Positions 28,313 through 36,363 are shown, numbered from the stretch's first letter. The stretch: 64,000 nucleotides of DNA from Dehalococcoidia bacterium (GCA_046545575.1 JBKGZM010000001.1:2729-66728); one strand, 5' to 3'. The notes: generated by a model from the sequence alone, not told the origin. Numbers and translations are program-made.

Positions 28313-30234
28313 GTGTTGTGTACACCATAAAGGATAAATGCAAGGAATGCTACGCATGTGTCCGTAGCTGCCCTGTAAAAGCTATTAGGGTTAGAGAGCG
28401 GAAAGCCGAGGTCTTGAGGGATCGGTGTGTGGCCTGCGGCACGTGTATTAATGTCTGCCACGCAGGCGCAAAGAAATACGAAAGCGATATCGGGCTTGCT
28501 TGGCAATTACTGCGTGAAAATGCACCTGTCATAGCCGTTTTGTCGACCTCGTTCCCAGCAGGCTTTCCTGAAGTCCGCCCGAGGCAGCTCGTCACTGCCC
28601 TTAAGAAACTCGGATTCAACGAGGTTATGGAGGCTGCTTTTGGCGCTGAACTGGTTGCGCGCGAATACCGCAGGCTCTTCGATGAGAACAAAAAGGCTCC
28701 AATGCTCTCTTCTACCTGCCCGGCGTTTGTATCCATGATAGAGAAATTCTATCCTCAATTGATAAACAACTTAGCGCCCACTGTCTCACCAATGATAGCC
28801 ATGGGCCGAGTTATCAAGTGGAAATACAATCCAAATGCTAAAGTTGTCTTTGTGGGCCCATGTATTTCTAAGAAACTCGAGAAGATAGATGAAAAACTCT
28901 CTGGCGTAATCGATGCCGTCCTTACCTTTCCCGAGTTAAAGGAGATGTTTGCAGCCAAAGAGATTGATCCTGCCTCTGAAGAGGAATCACAATTCTCCGG
29001 GCCAAAGTCCAACCTCGGGCATCTATTTCCCATCTCCGGAGGATTGCTAAAGGTGACCGGAATTCCCGGCGACATTTCCACTACTGACGTCGTCTGGGCC
29101 GAAGGAAGGAGACGAGCTCGATGGTGTGTTGATGATCTCGCCCAGAACCGGATCGCCACCCGATTCCTAGATGCCTACTTCTGTGAAGGATGTATCAACG
29201 GCCCAGCAATCGGTAATGAGTTACGTACAACGGAAAAAAGAAGGATCGTTACCGAACACTTTGTGAATGAGTCTAATCCTGCGCAGGCTGAGAAAGACAT
29301 CCAAGAGTACAGCGGAATCGATCTGAGTCGCAAGTTTACAAATAGATTCAGCTCTCTGGAGCAACCCCGTGAGGAAGATGTAGAGGAAGTCCTTAATCAG
29401 ATCGGTAAGGCATCTCCAGAAGATCAACTTGACTGTGGCGCCTGTGGCTATGCTACCTGTAGGGAGCTGGCCGTAGCAGTGTCTCAGGGGCTGGCCGAGG
29501 TAGAGATGTGCTGGCCATATCTGTTTCGCAAGCTCAAGGATGCTCAGGAACAACTTATTCAAGCGGAGAAATTAACATCACTGGGGCAAATGGCGGCGGC
29601 TATCGCCCATGAAATCAATAATCCACTGGCGGGAGTTCTGACCTACACCAAACTTCTGATGAAAAAGGCCGAAAACGATTCTCTGACCAAGGAGATGTCC
29701 AGGGAGTATCTCCCGAAGATGGAGTCAGAGGTGACCCGCAGCTCCCGAATAATTCGCAATCTGCTGGATTTTGCCAGACAAACGGAGCCGATGTTACGTG
29801 AAACAGACATAAATCAAACCATAGAAAAAGCTCTATCTCTCGTAGGACACCAGGCGCAGATACAGAATGTCGAGGTCAAAAAAGAGCTGAGCCCTGACTT
29901 GCCCAAAATCACAGCTGATTTCGACAAATTACAGCAGGTGTTTACCAACCTTATTCTGAACGGGGTTCAGGCGATGCCGGATGGTGGAACGCTCACGTTA
30001 CGGAGCCAGCCCACGGGCAATGGCCATGTCAGGATTGACATTCAGGACACCGGATATGGCATACCCAAAGAGAACTTTCGCAATCTGTTTACGCCTTTCT
30101 TCACCACCAAAGAAAAGGGGAAGGGGGTAGGCCTGGGACTGGCTGTAGTGCATGGCATTATAGAGCAGCATAAAGGAAAGATCAATGTCCAGAGCGAGGA
30201 AGGGAAGGGAACGAGGTTCAGTATCTATTTGTAA
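28309..30234 (+). CDS. Sensor histidine kinase with an N-terminal 2x[4Fe-4S] ferredoxin, an [FeFe]-hydrogenase H-domain-like module and an RnfB-type Fe-S motif
   Basis: CKECYACVRSCP and CVACGTCINVC. H-cluster-like motifs SSTCPAFV, VGPCISKKLE and FCEGCINGP. CGACGYATCRELA...C. HisKA H-box AAIAHEINNPL. HATPase N and G boxes (NLILNGVQAM; DTGYGI; GKGVGLGL). The start overlaps the rpoN-like stop as ATGA. Confidence 0.8.
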   Translation: MSVVYTIKDKCKECYACVRSCPVKAIRVRERKAEVLRDRCVACGTCINVCHAGAKKYESDIGLAWQLLRENAPVIAVLSTSFPAGFPEVRPRQLVTALKKLGFNEVMEAAFGAELVAREYRRLFDENKKAPMLSSTCPAFVSMIEKFYPQLINNLAPTVSPMIAMGRVIKWKYNPNAKVVFVGPCISKKLEKIDEKLSGVIDAVLTFPELKEMFAAKEIDPASEEESQFSGPKSNLGHLFPISGGLLKVTGIPGDISTTDVVWAEGRRRARWCVDDLAQNRIATRFLDAYFCEGCINGPAIGNELRTTEKRRIVTEHFVNESNPAQAEKDIQEYSGIDLSRKFTNRFSSLEQPREEDVEEVLNQIGKASPEDQLDCGACGYATCRELAVAVSQGLAEVEMCWPYLFRKLKDAQEQLIQAEKLTSLGQMAAAIAHEINNPLAGVLTYTKLLMKKAENDSLTKEMSREYLPKMESEVTRSSRIIRNLLDFARQTEPMLRETDINQTIEKALSLVGHQAQIQNVEVKKELSPDLPKITADFDKLQQVFTNLILNGVQAMPDGGTLTLRSQPTGNGHVRIDIQDTGYGIPKENFRNLFTPFFTTKEKGKGVGLGLAVVHGIIEQHKGKINVQSEEGKGTRFSIYL

Positions 30235-30273
30235 CCGATCCTCCTTTGAATTCTTGGTTCAAGGTGAAAACTG

Positions 30274-31674
30274 ATGCAGGATGCTGACACCACACGACAA
30301 TCCCCGGATATGAAAAGCCAGATCAAAATCCTCGCTGTCGATGATGAAGAGACAGTCCGCGAATCACTAAAGGACTGGCTCACCGACTCAGGGTATCAGG
30401 TGCTGGTCGCTGAAGACGGATACAAAGCACTCGACATTATTAAACGTGAGAAGATAGGCATACTCATAGCCGATTTAGTAATGCCGGGCATAGACGGCAT
30501 TGAACTCATGAGAAGAACCAAGGAAATCTCCCCTGACACGGGTGTAATCATCATAACTGCGTACGGAAGCGTACCCAGTGCTGTGTCCGCGATGCATGAA
30601 GGGGCCTATGACTATATCGAGAAGCCATTCTGCCCCGAACGGGTGGAGTCGCTCCTTGAGAAGTTGATGGAACACCAGAGATTGGTAGAGGAAAACCGAG
30701 TTCTCCGCGAACAATTAGAAGACCATTACCGTTTTGAGAACATCATCGCTAAGAGCCACAAAATGCACAAGATTTTCGATGTGGTCAAAACCGTGGCCAA
30801 GAGCAATGCCAGTGTCCTCATCACCGGCGAAAGCGGGACCGGCAAGGAGCTTATTGCACGGGCCATCCATAATCTAAGTCCCCGCCGGGACAAGCCTTTC
30901 GTGGATGTGAGTTGCGCTGCATTACCTGAGAGCCTCCTCGAGAGCGAGCTATTCGGGCATGAGAGAGGGGCTTTTACCAGCGCTGTAAATCAAAGAAAGG
31001 GAAGATTTGAACTCGCTCACCGCGGGACCCTTTTCCTCGATGAAATAGGAGAGATAAGCACCAACATGCAGGTACACCTGCTCAGAGTCCTGGAGGAACG
31101 GGAGTTCACTCGCGTCGGGGGCACTGAGCCCATAAAGACCGATGTACGCCTCATTTCAGCCAGCAACAAAAACCTGAAGGAGGCGATAAACGAGGGAGAA
31201 TTCAGGGGAGACCTCTACTATCGCCTGAACGTAGTCAGCATTGAACTCCCGCCCCTCAAGGAAAGAAGCGAAGATATCCCCCTGCTGGCTCAACATTTTC
31301 TGAACAAGTTCGCCCGGGAGAACCAGAAAGGTGAGATTAAGCTTTCTTCCGAGGCCATGGACTTCCTTATGAAGTACGACTGGCCCGGGAATGTAAGGGA
31401 GCTAGAGAACACTATTGAGAGGGCGGTCGTGCTCACACAGGATAGCACGATCAACGTAGATGATCTGGCAACACAAAACCTACCTTCTGCTCAGCAATCT
31501 TCAAGTGAAGGAAGCCTTGAAGATATGGAAAAGCAACACATTGTAAATGTCCTCAAGGAGACCAGCGGGAACCACACCGAAGCAGCGAAACGGCTCGGGA
31601 TCACCCGGATGACCCTTTACAAGAAAGTCAAGAAATACGGAGTGGATGTAAACAAATTAAGCAGTGCTGTATAA
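30274..31674 (+). CDS. Sigma-54-dependent response regulator (NtrC family: REC, AAA+ and Fis-type HTH)
   Basis: REC domain (ILAVDDEE..IADLVMPGIDG), Walker A GESGTGKE, GAFTGA-loop variant ERGAFTSA, an ESELFGHE box and a C-terminal HTH (NHTEAAKRLGITRMTLYKK). Confidence 0.9.
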   Translation: MQDADTTRQSPDMKSQIKILAVDDEETVRESLKDWLTDSGYQVLVAEDGYKALDIIKREKIGILIADLVMPGIDGIELMRRTKEISPDTGVIIITAYGSVPSAVSAMHEGAYDYIEKPFCPERVESLLEKLMEHQRLVEENRVLREQLEDHYRFENIIAKSHKMHKIFDVVKTVAKSNASVLITGESGTGKELIARAIHNLSPRRDKPFVDVSCAALPESLLESELFGHERGAFTSAVNQRKGRFELAHRGTLFLDEIGEISTNMQVHLLRVLEEREFTRVGGTEPIKTDVRLISASNKNLKEAINEGEFRGDLYYRLNVVSIELPPLKERSEDIPLLAQHFLNKFARENQKGEIKLSSEAMDFLMKYDWPGNVRELENTIERAVVLTQDSTINVDDLATQNLPSAQQSSSEGSLEDMEKQHIVNVLKETSGNHTEAAKRLGITRMTLYKKVKKYGVDVNKLSSAV

Positions 31675-31700
31675 TTTGTTTACAGTCCAGGGGCAGCCCC

Positions 31701-31734
31701 GGGTAGGCCAGGCCGACGTCGGCCTGGCCTACCC
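31701..31734. repeat. Perfect 34-nt GC-rich palindrome
   Basis: GGGTAGGCCAGGCCGACGTCGGCCTGGCCTACCC with no T-run after it. Its centre is about 105 bp upstream of the -24 element at 31822. Confidence 0.9.
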
Positions 31735-31768
31735 GTATTAGACACGCAGAACACCCGTAGCAACCCAG

Positions 31769-31817
31769 GGGAGGAGGGCGGTCCGCCGACGGCGGACCGC
31801 CCTCCTCCCTTTTCTTT
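31769..31817 (+). terminator. Strong rho-independent terminator after the kinase/activator genes
   Basis: A 20-bp perfect stem (GGGAGGAGGGCGGTCCGCCG-A-CGGCGGACCGCCCTCCTCCC) followed by TTTTCTTT. Confidence 0.8.
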
Positions 31818-31820
31818 AAT

Positions 31821-31837
31821 TGGCAACAAAATTGCAT
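31821..31837 (+). promoter_or_regulatory. Sigma-54 (-24/-12) promoter
   Basis: TGGCAACAAAATTGCAT matches the consensus TGGCACG-N4-TTGCW with exact GG-to-GC spacing. It lies 26 nt upstream of ATG 31863 and an RBS GGAGGTG follows it. Confidence 0.65.
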
Positions 31838-31862
31838 ATACATTAGGGTGGAGGTGATAGAG

Positions 31863-32936
31863 ATGATGAAGGGAGAAGAGAACAAAAGAAATGAAATCCA
31901 ACCTAAGGAGGTGGACAATATGAAACGGCAACCTGTACTGATAGTTGAGGATGAAAACATCATGCGAGAGTCCCTCAGGGACTGGCTGGCAGACAGCGGT
32001 TACGAGGTAACCACAGCCGAAGATGGTGAACAAGCGCTGCAAATGCTCGGAGAGCAAGAATTCGGCGTGGCGGTTCTTGACCTCAAACTACCGGGTAAGG
32101 ACGGCGTTGAGGTCCTGAAAGAAGCCACAAACCGGCAACCGAACCTGAAGGGCATCATTATCACCGCCTATCCGTCTGTGGAGACGGCGGTAGAGGCGAT
32201 GAAGTACGGCGCAACCGACTACCTGGTCAAGCCGGTCTCCCCGGATGAACTCGAGGACCTGATACAAAAGACCCTGGGTCCCGTACAGGCCGAGATCAGG
32301 CCACAGCCCGCTGCCGAGGAAGCTGTAGAGACCGAAACAGAAGCGGCCGAAGTCGAGCAACCGGCAGTTGAAGAGGAAGTCCCCAGCATAAGCGAAGCCG
32401 AAGCCCCTGCACACATGCAGGAGGGGAAGAACCTCTTGAAGGCTGGGCGCTTCGATCAAGCGAAAAGGGAATTCCAGGCCGTGATAAGCGTACAGCCTGG
32501 CAACCTGGAAGCACGGCAGTACCTCCGCCAAGCGAAGGAAGAGGTAGCAAAATCAGCAAAAGCTGCTGAAGCCCGTCCAGAAGTGGGCAAGCCATGCGTG
32601 TGGATGAAGCTGGGACTCGTCTCCTACCGCATGTGCAATCGGGACTACGATTGCTTCGCCTGCGAGTTCGACCAGATGATGCAGGAGAGATTAGCAACCG
32701 AGGAAGCGGAAGTAGACAAGGCAGTGGAGCGACTCAAGGAATTGCCAGGCAACCAGCGGGTTTGCCGCTACGCCCTTAAGGGAGAGGTCGCTCACCGGAC
32801 ATGTAGCCACCTTTTCAACTGTGCACAGTGTGAGTTCAATCAAATGATGGAAGATGCATTCCTGCAAAAGCTGACTGCGGAGCAGGAAGCGCTGCGCAAG
32901 AAGAAAGACAGTTGGTGGTGGAGTTACTGGAGTTAA
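31863..32936 (+). CDS. Response-regulator receiver protein with an acidic linker, a TPR-like segment and a duplicated C-x12-C-x5-C-x2-C module
   Basis: REC domain (VLIVEDEN..VLDLKLPGKDG..ITAY). Two copies of C..x12..C.x5.C.x2.CEF[DN]QMM. A Trp-rich tail SWWWSYWS. ATG 31863 lies 6 nt after GGAGGTG, whereas the track start is a GTG at 31848. Confidence 0.75.
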   Translation: MMKGEENKRNEIQPKEVDNMKRQPVLIVEDENIMRESLRDWLADSGYEVTTAEDGEQALQMLGEQEFGVAVLDLKLPGKDGVEVLKEATNRQPNLKGIIITAYPSVETAVEAMKYGATDYLVKPVSPDELEDLIQKTLGPVQAEIRPQPAAEEAVETETEAAEVEQPAVEEEVPSISEAEAPAHMQEGKNLLKAGRFDQAKREFQAVISVQPGNLEARQYLRQAKEEVAKSAKAAEARPEVGKPCVWMKLGLVSYRMCNRDYDCFACEFDQMMQERLATEEAEVDKAVERLKELPGNQRVCRYALKGEVAHRTCSHLFNCAQCEFNQMMEDAFLQKLTAEQEALRKKKDSWWWSYWS

Positions 32937-32952
32937 ACAAAGAACGGTAGAT

Positions 32953-32986
32953 TATAGCCCGCCCGGGTATACCCGGGCGGGCTATA
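32953..32986. repeat. Perfect 34-nt palindrome
   Basis: TATAGCCCGCCCGGGTATACCCGGGCGGGCTATA, immediately followed by TGTATAAT (a -10-like sequence). Confidence 0.9.
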
Positions 32987-33062
32987 CGTGTATAATAGTA
33001 TAACAAAACCAGATAAACGCATCCCTGAAGAACGATTTCTAAAACCATAAGGAGGTAACCAT

Positions 33063-33530
33063 ATGGCTTATGAGGCGGTTGAAACGAGTACAGTAGAGGG
33101 GATCATAAATAGATACTCAGGAGACAGTTCAGCCCTTATTCAAGTCCTTCTGGACATCCAGCGTGAAAATCGGTGGTTGCCAAAAGACACCCTGAAACTG
33201 GTCAGTCAAAGTCTCGGTGTTCCATTAACTCAAGTCTACCATATAGCTAGCTTCTACAAGGCCTTCAGTCTTATACCCAAAGGGCGAAATCAGGTTACGG
33301 TTTGCCTGGGTACTGCGTGCCATACCAGGGGTGCGCCTCGTCTTCTGGACAGGGTTTCCACAAGCCTGAAGCTGAACCCGGGCGAGACCTCGGAAGACAT
33401 GCGCTTTAGCCTGGACACGGTCAACTGCCTCGGCTGCTGTGCTCTGGGACCAGTGATGATGGTCGGGGAGCAGTACTACAGCAACCCTTCCACGGAAGAG
33501 TTGGAGAATATCTTCTCCGCATGCGAATGA
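33063..33530 (+). CDS. nuoE: NuoE/HoxE-like [2Fe-2S] thioredoxin-fold subunit
   Basis: VCLGTACHTRGA ... VNCLGCCALGP in a 155-aa protein with RBS AAGGAGG. Confidence 0.85.
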   Translation: MAYEAVETSTVEGIINRYSGDSSALIQVLLDIQRENRWLPKDTLKLVSQSLGVPLTQVYHIASFYKAFSLIPKGRNQVTVCLGTACHTRGAPRLLDRVSTSLKLNPGETSEDMRFSLDTVNCLGCCALGPVMMVGEQYYSNPSTEELENIFSACE

Positions 33531-33560
33531 TCCCGCAATCAATATATTAAGGAGGGAGCT

Positions 33561-35489
33561 ATGCCAAAATTGAACTCAGCCTCTGACCTGGAGAATTTGA
33601 GACAAGAAGTGGTAAGCAAAAGAGACCCAAACAAGCTCTGTGTTACCATATGCTCGGGCACAGGATGCCGCGCATATGGTAGCGAACAGGTCGCTGAAAC
33701 CTTTGCCGAAGAGCTCTCAAAAAACGGGCTTAAAGATAAGGTCGACATACGTCGGACGGGGTGCCACGGGTTCTGCGAGAGAGGCACCCTCGTCGTCATT
33801 TTCCCAGAGGAAATATGTTACCTGAAGGTCAAACCAGATGATGTTCCCGAAATCGTCTCCACCACCTTACAGGAAGGGAAGGTAGTGGATCGGTTACTGT
33901 ACGAAAAAAGCGACGGCGAAAAAGTAGTTCACGAAAGCGAGATTCCCTTTTATAGCAACCAGAATAGAACAGTGTTCGGGAACAATAGATTTATTGACCC
34001 CAAGAAAATAGACGATTATCTGGCCCTGGGCGGCTACAAGGCCATTTCCAAGGCGCTTTTCGACCTCTCCCCCGAGCAAGTAATGGACGAAGTTAAGGCC
34101 GCCAACCTGAGGGGAAGAGGAGGCGGGGGATTCCCCGCAGGAATAAAGTGGGAGACCACTCGTGATGCTCCGGATGAACCAAAGTATGTCATCGTCAACG
34201 CCGATGAGGGCGACCCGGGCGCTTACATGGACAGGAGCTTGCTCGAGGGCAACCCCCACAGCGTGCTGGAGGGCTTGACTATCGGGGCCTACGCCATTGG
34301 CTCACACCAGGGCTTTATTTATGTGCGTCAGGAATATCCCCTAGCTGTGGAGAATCTGAACATCGCAATAGAGCAGGCACGGGAACACGGACTTCTCGGG
34401 GAAAATATCCTCGGCTCGGGTTTCAATTTCGATGTCACGGTACATCGTGGTGCTGGGGCTTTTGTTTCGGGAGAGTCCAGCGCTCTCATGACCGCAATAG
34501 AGGGCAAGGTAGGCGAACCCAGGCCAAAATACATTCGCACCGCCACAAGCGGCATCTGGGACAAACCCAGCGACCTGAACAACGTTGAGACCTGGGCCAC
34601 TGTTCCCTTGATAATCAACAAAGGCGCTGACTGGTTTACTGGTATCGGGACCGACAGAAGCAAAGGAACAAAAATATTCTCACTCGTGGGCAAAGTAAAT
34701 AATACAGGGCTTGTAGAGGTGCCCATGGGGACCACCATTCGTGAGATAATCTACAATATCGGCGGAGGCATTCCTGGAGGGAAGAAATTTAAGGCCGTTC
34801 AGACCGGTGGTCCCTCTGGAGGGGTTATTCCCGAAAGCCTCATCGACCTCCCCGTCGACTACGATGAGCTGGCCAGGGCGGGCTCGATGATGGGCTCTGG
34901 CGGCATGATCGTGATGGACGAAGATACCTGCATGGTAGATATCGCCAGGTATTACCTCAACTTCCTGGCAGGAGAATCCTGTGGCAAGTGCGTCCCATGT
35001 CGGGAGGGAATCTACCAGATGCTCAAGATACTGAACAGGATCTGCGATGGGGAAGGGCAAGATGGAGACATCGAACTCCTGGAGGAAATCGGGGAGGTGG
35101 TCAGGGACTTCTCGCTCTGCGCACTTGGTGCCACAGCCCCTAACCCTGTGCTCAGCACAATCTCGTATTTCCGCGACGAGTACGAGGCCCACATAAAGGA
35201 GAAGCGTTGCCCAGCTGGCGTTTGCAAGTCGCTTATCAGCTACTACATCGATCCGGATAAGTGTCAGGCCTGTATGATCTGCCTCAGGAACTGTCCTGTT
35301 GGAGCCATAAGCGGCGATAAGAACGTGATCCATGTCATAGATCAAGATAAGTGTACCAAATGCGGAACCTGCTTTGAGGTTTGCCCCTCACGCTTTGGTG
35401 CCGTTAAAAAGATCTCTGGAGAGGAACTGCCAGAAGCAGTCCCGGCAGGAACGCCGGTAAAGCGAGAAAAAGGAGGCAAGAATGGCTGA
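33561..35489 (+). CDS. nuoF: NuoF/HoxF-like NAD(P)H-binding FMN/Fe-S subunit with an N-terminal [2Fe-2S] domain and a C-terminal 2x[4Fe-4S] region
   Basis: GRGGGGFPAGIKWE, ESCGKCVPCREG, and C-terminal CQACMICLRNCP and CTKCGTCFEVCP. Confidence 0.9.
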   Translation: MPKLNSASDLENLRQEVVSKRDPNKLCVTICSGTGCRAYGSEQVAETFAEELSKNGLKDKVDIRRTGCHGFCERGTLVVIFPEEICYLKVKPDDVPEIVSTTLQEGKVVDRLLYEKSDGEKVVHESEIPFYSNQNRTVFGNNRFIDPKKIDDYLALGGYKAISKALFDLSPEQVMDEVKAANLRGRGGGGFPAGIKWETTRDAPDEPKYVIVNADEGDPGAYMDRSLLEGNPHSVLEGLTIGAYAIGSHQGFIYVRQEYPLAVENLNIAIEQAREHGLLGENILGSGFNFDVTVHRGAGAFVSGESSALMTAIEGKVGEPRPKYIRTATSGIWDKPSDLNNVETWATVPLIINKGADWFTGIGTDRSKGTKIFSLVGKVNNTGLVEVPMGTTIREIIYNIGGGIPGGKKFKAVQTGGPSGGVIPESLIDLPVDYDELARAGSMMGSGGMIVMDEDTCMVDIARYYLNFLAGESCGKCVPCREGIYQMLKILNRICDGEGQDGDIELLEEIGEVVRDFSLCALGATAPNPVLSTISYFRDEYEAHIKEKRCPAGVCKSLISYYIDPDKCQACMICLRNCPVGAISGDKNVIHVIDQDKCTKCGTCFEVCPSRFGAVKKISGEELPEAVPAGTPVKREKGGKNG

Positions 35490-36117
35490 AGTTACCTTAA
35501 CCATAGATGGAAGAGAGGTCAAAGCAGAGGAAGGAACGACCATTCTGGAAGCGGCACAGAGCGCAGGTTTTGATATCCCCAATCTCTGTTACCACCCCAT
35601 GCTAGCCCCCTACGGCGCTTGCCGGCTGTGCATGGTGGAGATAGAGCGGGGCAAGCGAACACGGTTGGTGTCCTCCTGTGTATATCCTGTAGAGGACGGG
35701 CTCACCGTATATACAGAGTCTGACCGAGTGGTCAAGGGACGCAAGATGTTGCTGGAGTTCCTGTGGGCACGTGCACCCGGCTGTAAGGCGATAAGGGACT
35801 ACGGCACCAGATATGGCATAAGCGGTATGGAATCCATACGAGAATTCGGCGAAGCCTATGGGGCAGCTGCAAGCAAGACCAAGTTCGAGATAGAGCCAAC
35901 CTTCTGCGTTCTTTGCGGCCTGTGCGTTCGGTATTGTGCAGAGATCAAGAAGAAGAACGCCATCGGATTCATTGGCAGGGGCACGGAACGGGAGGTAATG
36001 TTCTTCCCTGAGATAGCGCGCGAGGAATGCCCACAATGCGAGGAGTGCTTCTCCGTGTGCCCAACAGGTCTGGTCCGGCTCATGTTTGACCTAGTGAAAG
36101 AGCCGCAGTCCCCGTAA
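35482..36117 (+). CDS. hoxU: NuoG N-terminal / HoxU-like [2Fe-2S]+[4Fe-4S] subunit
   Basis: VTLTIDGREVKAEEGTTILEAA..CYHPMLAPYGACRLCMVEI, followed by CVLCGLCVRYC and CPQCEECFSVCP. Confidence 0.8.
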   Translation: MAEVTLTIDGREVKAEEGTTILEAAQSAGFDIPNLCYHPMLAPYGACRLCMVEIERGKRTRLVSSCVYPVEDGLTVYTESDRVVKGRKMLLEFLWARAPGCKAIRDYGTRYGISGMESIREFGEAYGAAASKTKFEIEPTFCVLCGLCVRYCAEIKKKNAIGFIGRGTEREVMFFPEIAREECPQCEECFSVCPTGLVRLMFDLVKEPQSP

Positions 36118-36149
36118 TCGACCCCCTGGACTGACAAAGATTCCTGCCG

Positions 36150-36176
36150 GGCGCACCCGCCGAAGGCGGGTGCGCC
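36150..36176 (+). terminator. GC-rich hairpin after the diaphorase genes
   Basis: GGCGCACCCGCC-GAA-GGCGGGTGCGCC. It shares the apical core CCGCCGAAGGCGG with the hairpin at 56708. Confidence 0.5.
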
Positions 36177-36192
36177 GCTATGATCGCTCGCA

Positions 36193-36218
36193 GCAGGAGG
36201 TAAGCACTTACCTCCTGC
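36193..36218 (+). terminator. Second hairpin (tandem with 36150)
   Basis: GCAGGAGGTAAG-CA-CTTACCTCCTGC, with a T-run (GTTTTTG) about 12 nt downstream. Confidence 0.45.
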
Positions 36219-36322
36219 TCCAACAACACGTTTTTGAGTTTCTCAAGTTCTCCTGGCTCTTGGGGCCAGGCTCTAGCTGCAAAACATATTGCTATAGCTA
36301 CACCTTGTGGGCACCTTTAGAT

Positions 36323-36363
36323 TTGACAAGAAAGACTCGCATACGGTATACTGTATGCATACA
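36323..36363 (+). promoter_or_regulatory. Sigma-70-like promoter with overlapping palindromic operator candidates upstream of the ArsR-family gene
   Basis: TTGACA, an 18-nt spacer and TATACT. GCATAC-N8-GTATGC (36339-36358) and the 12-nt palindrome TGTATGCATACA (36352-36363) overlap the -10 and +1 positions. Confidence 0.5.
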
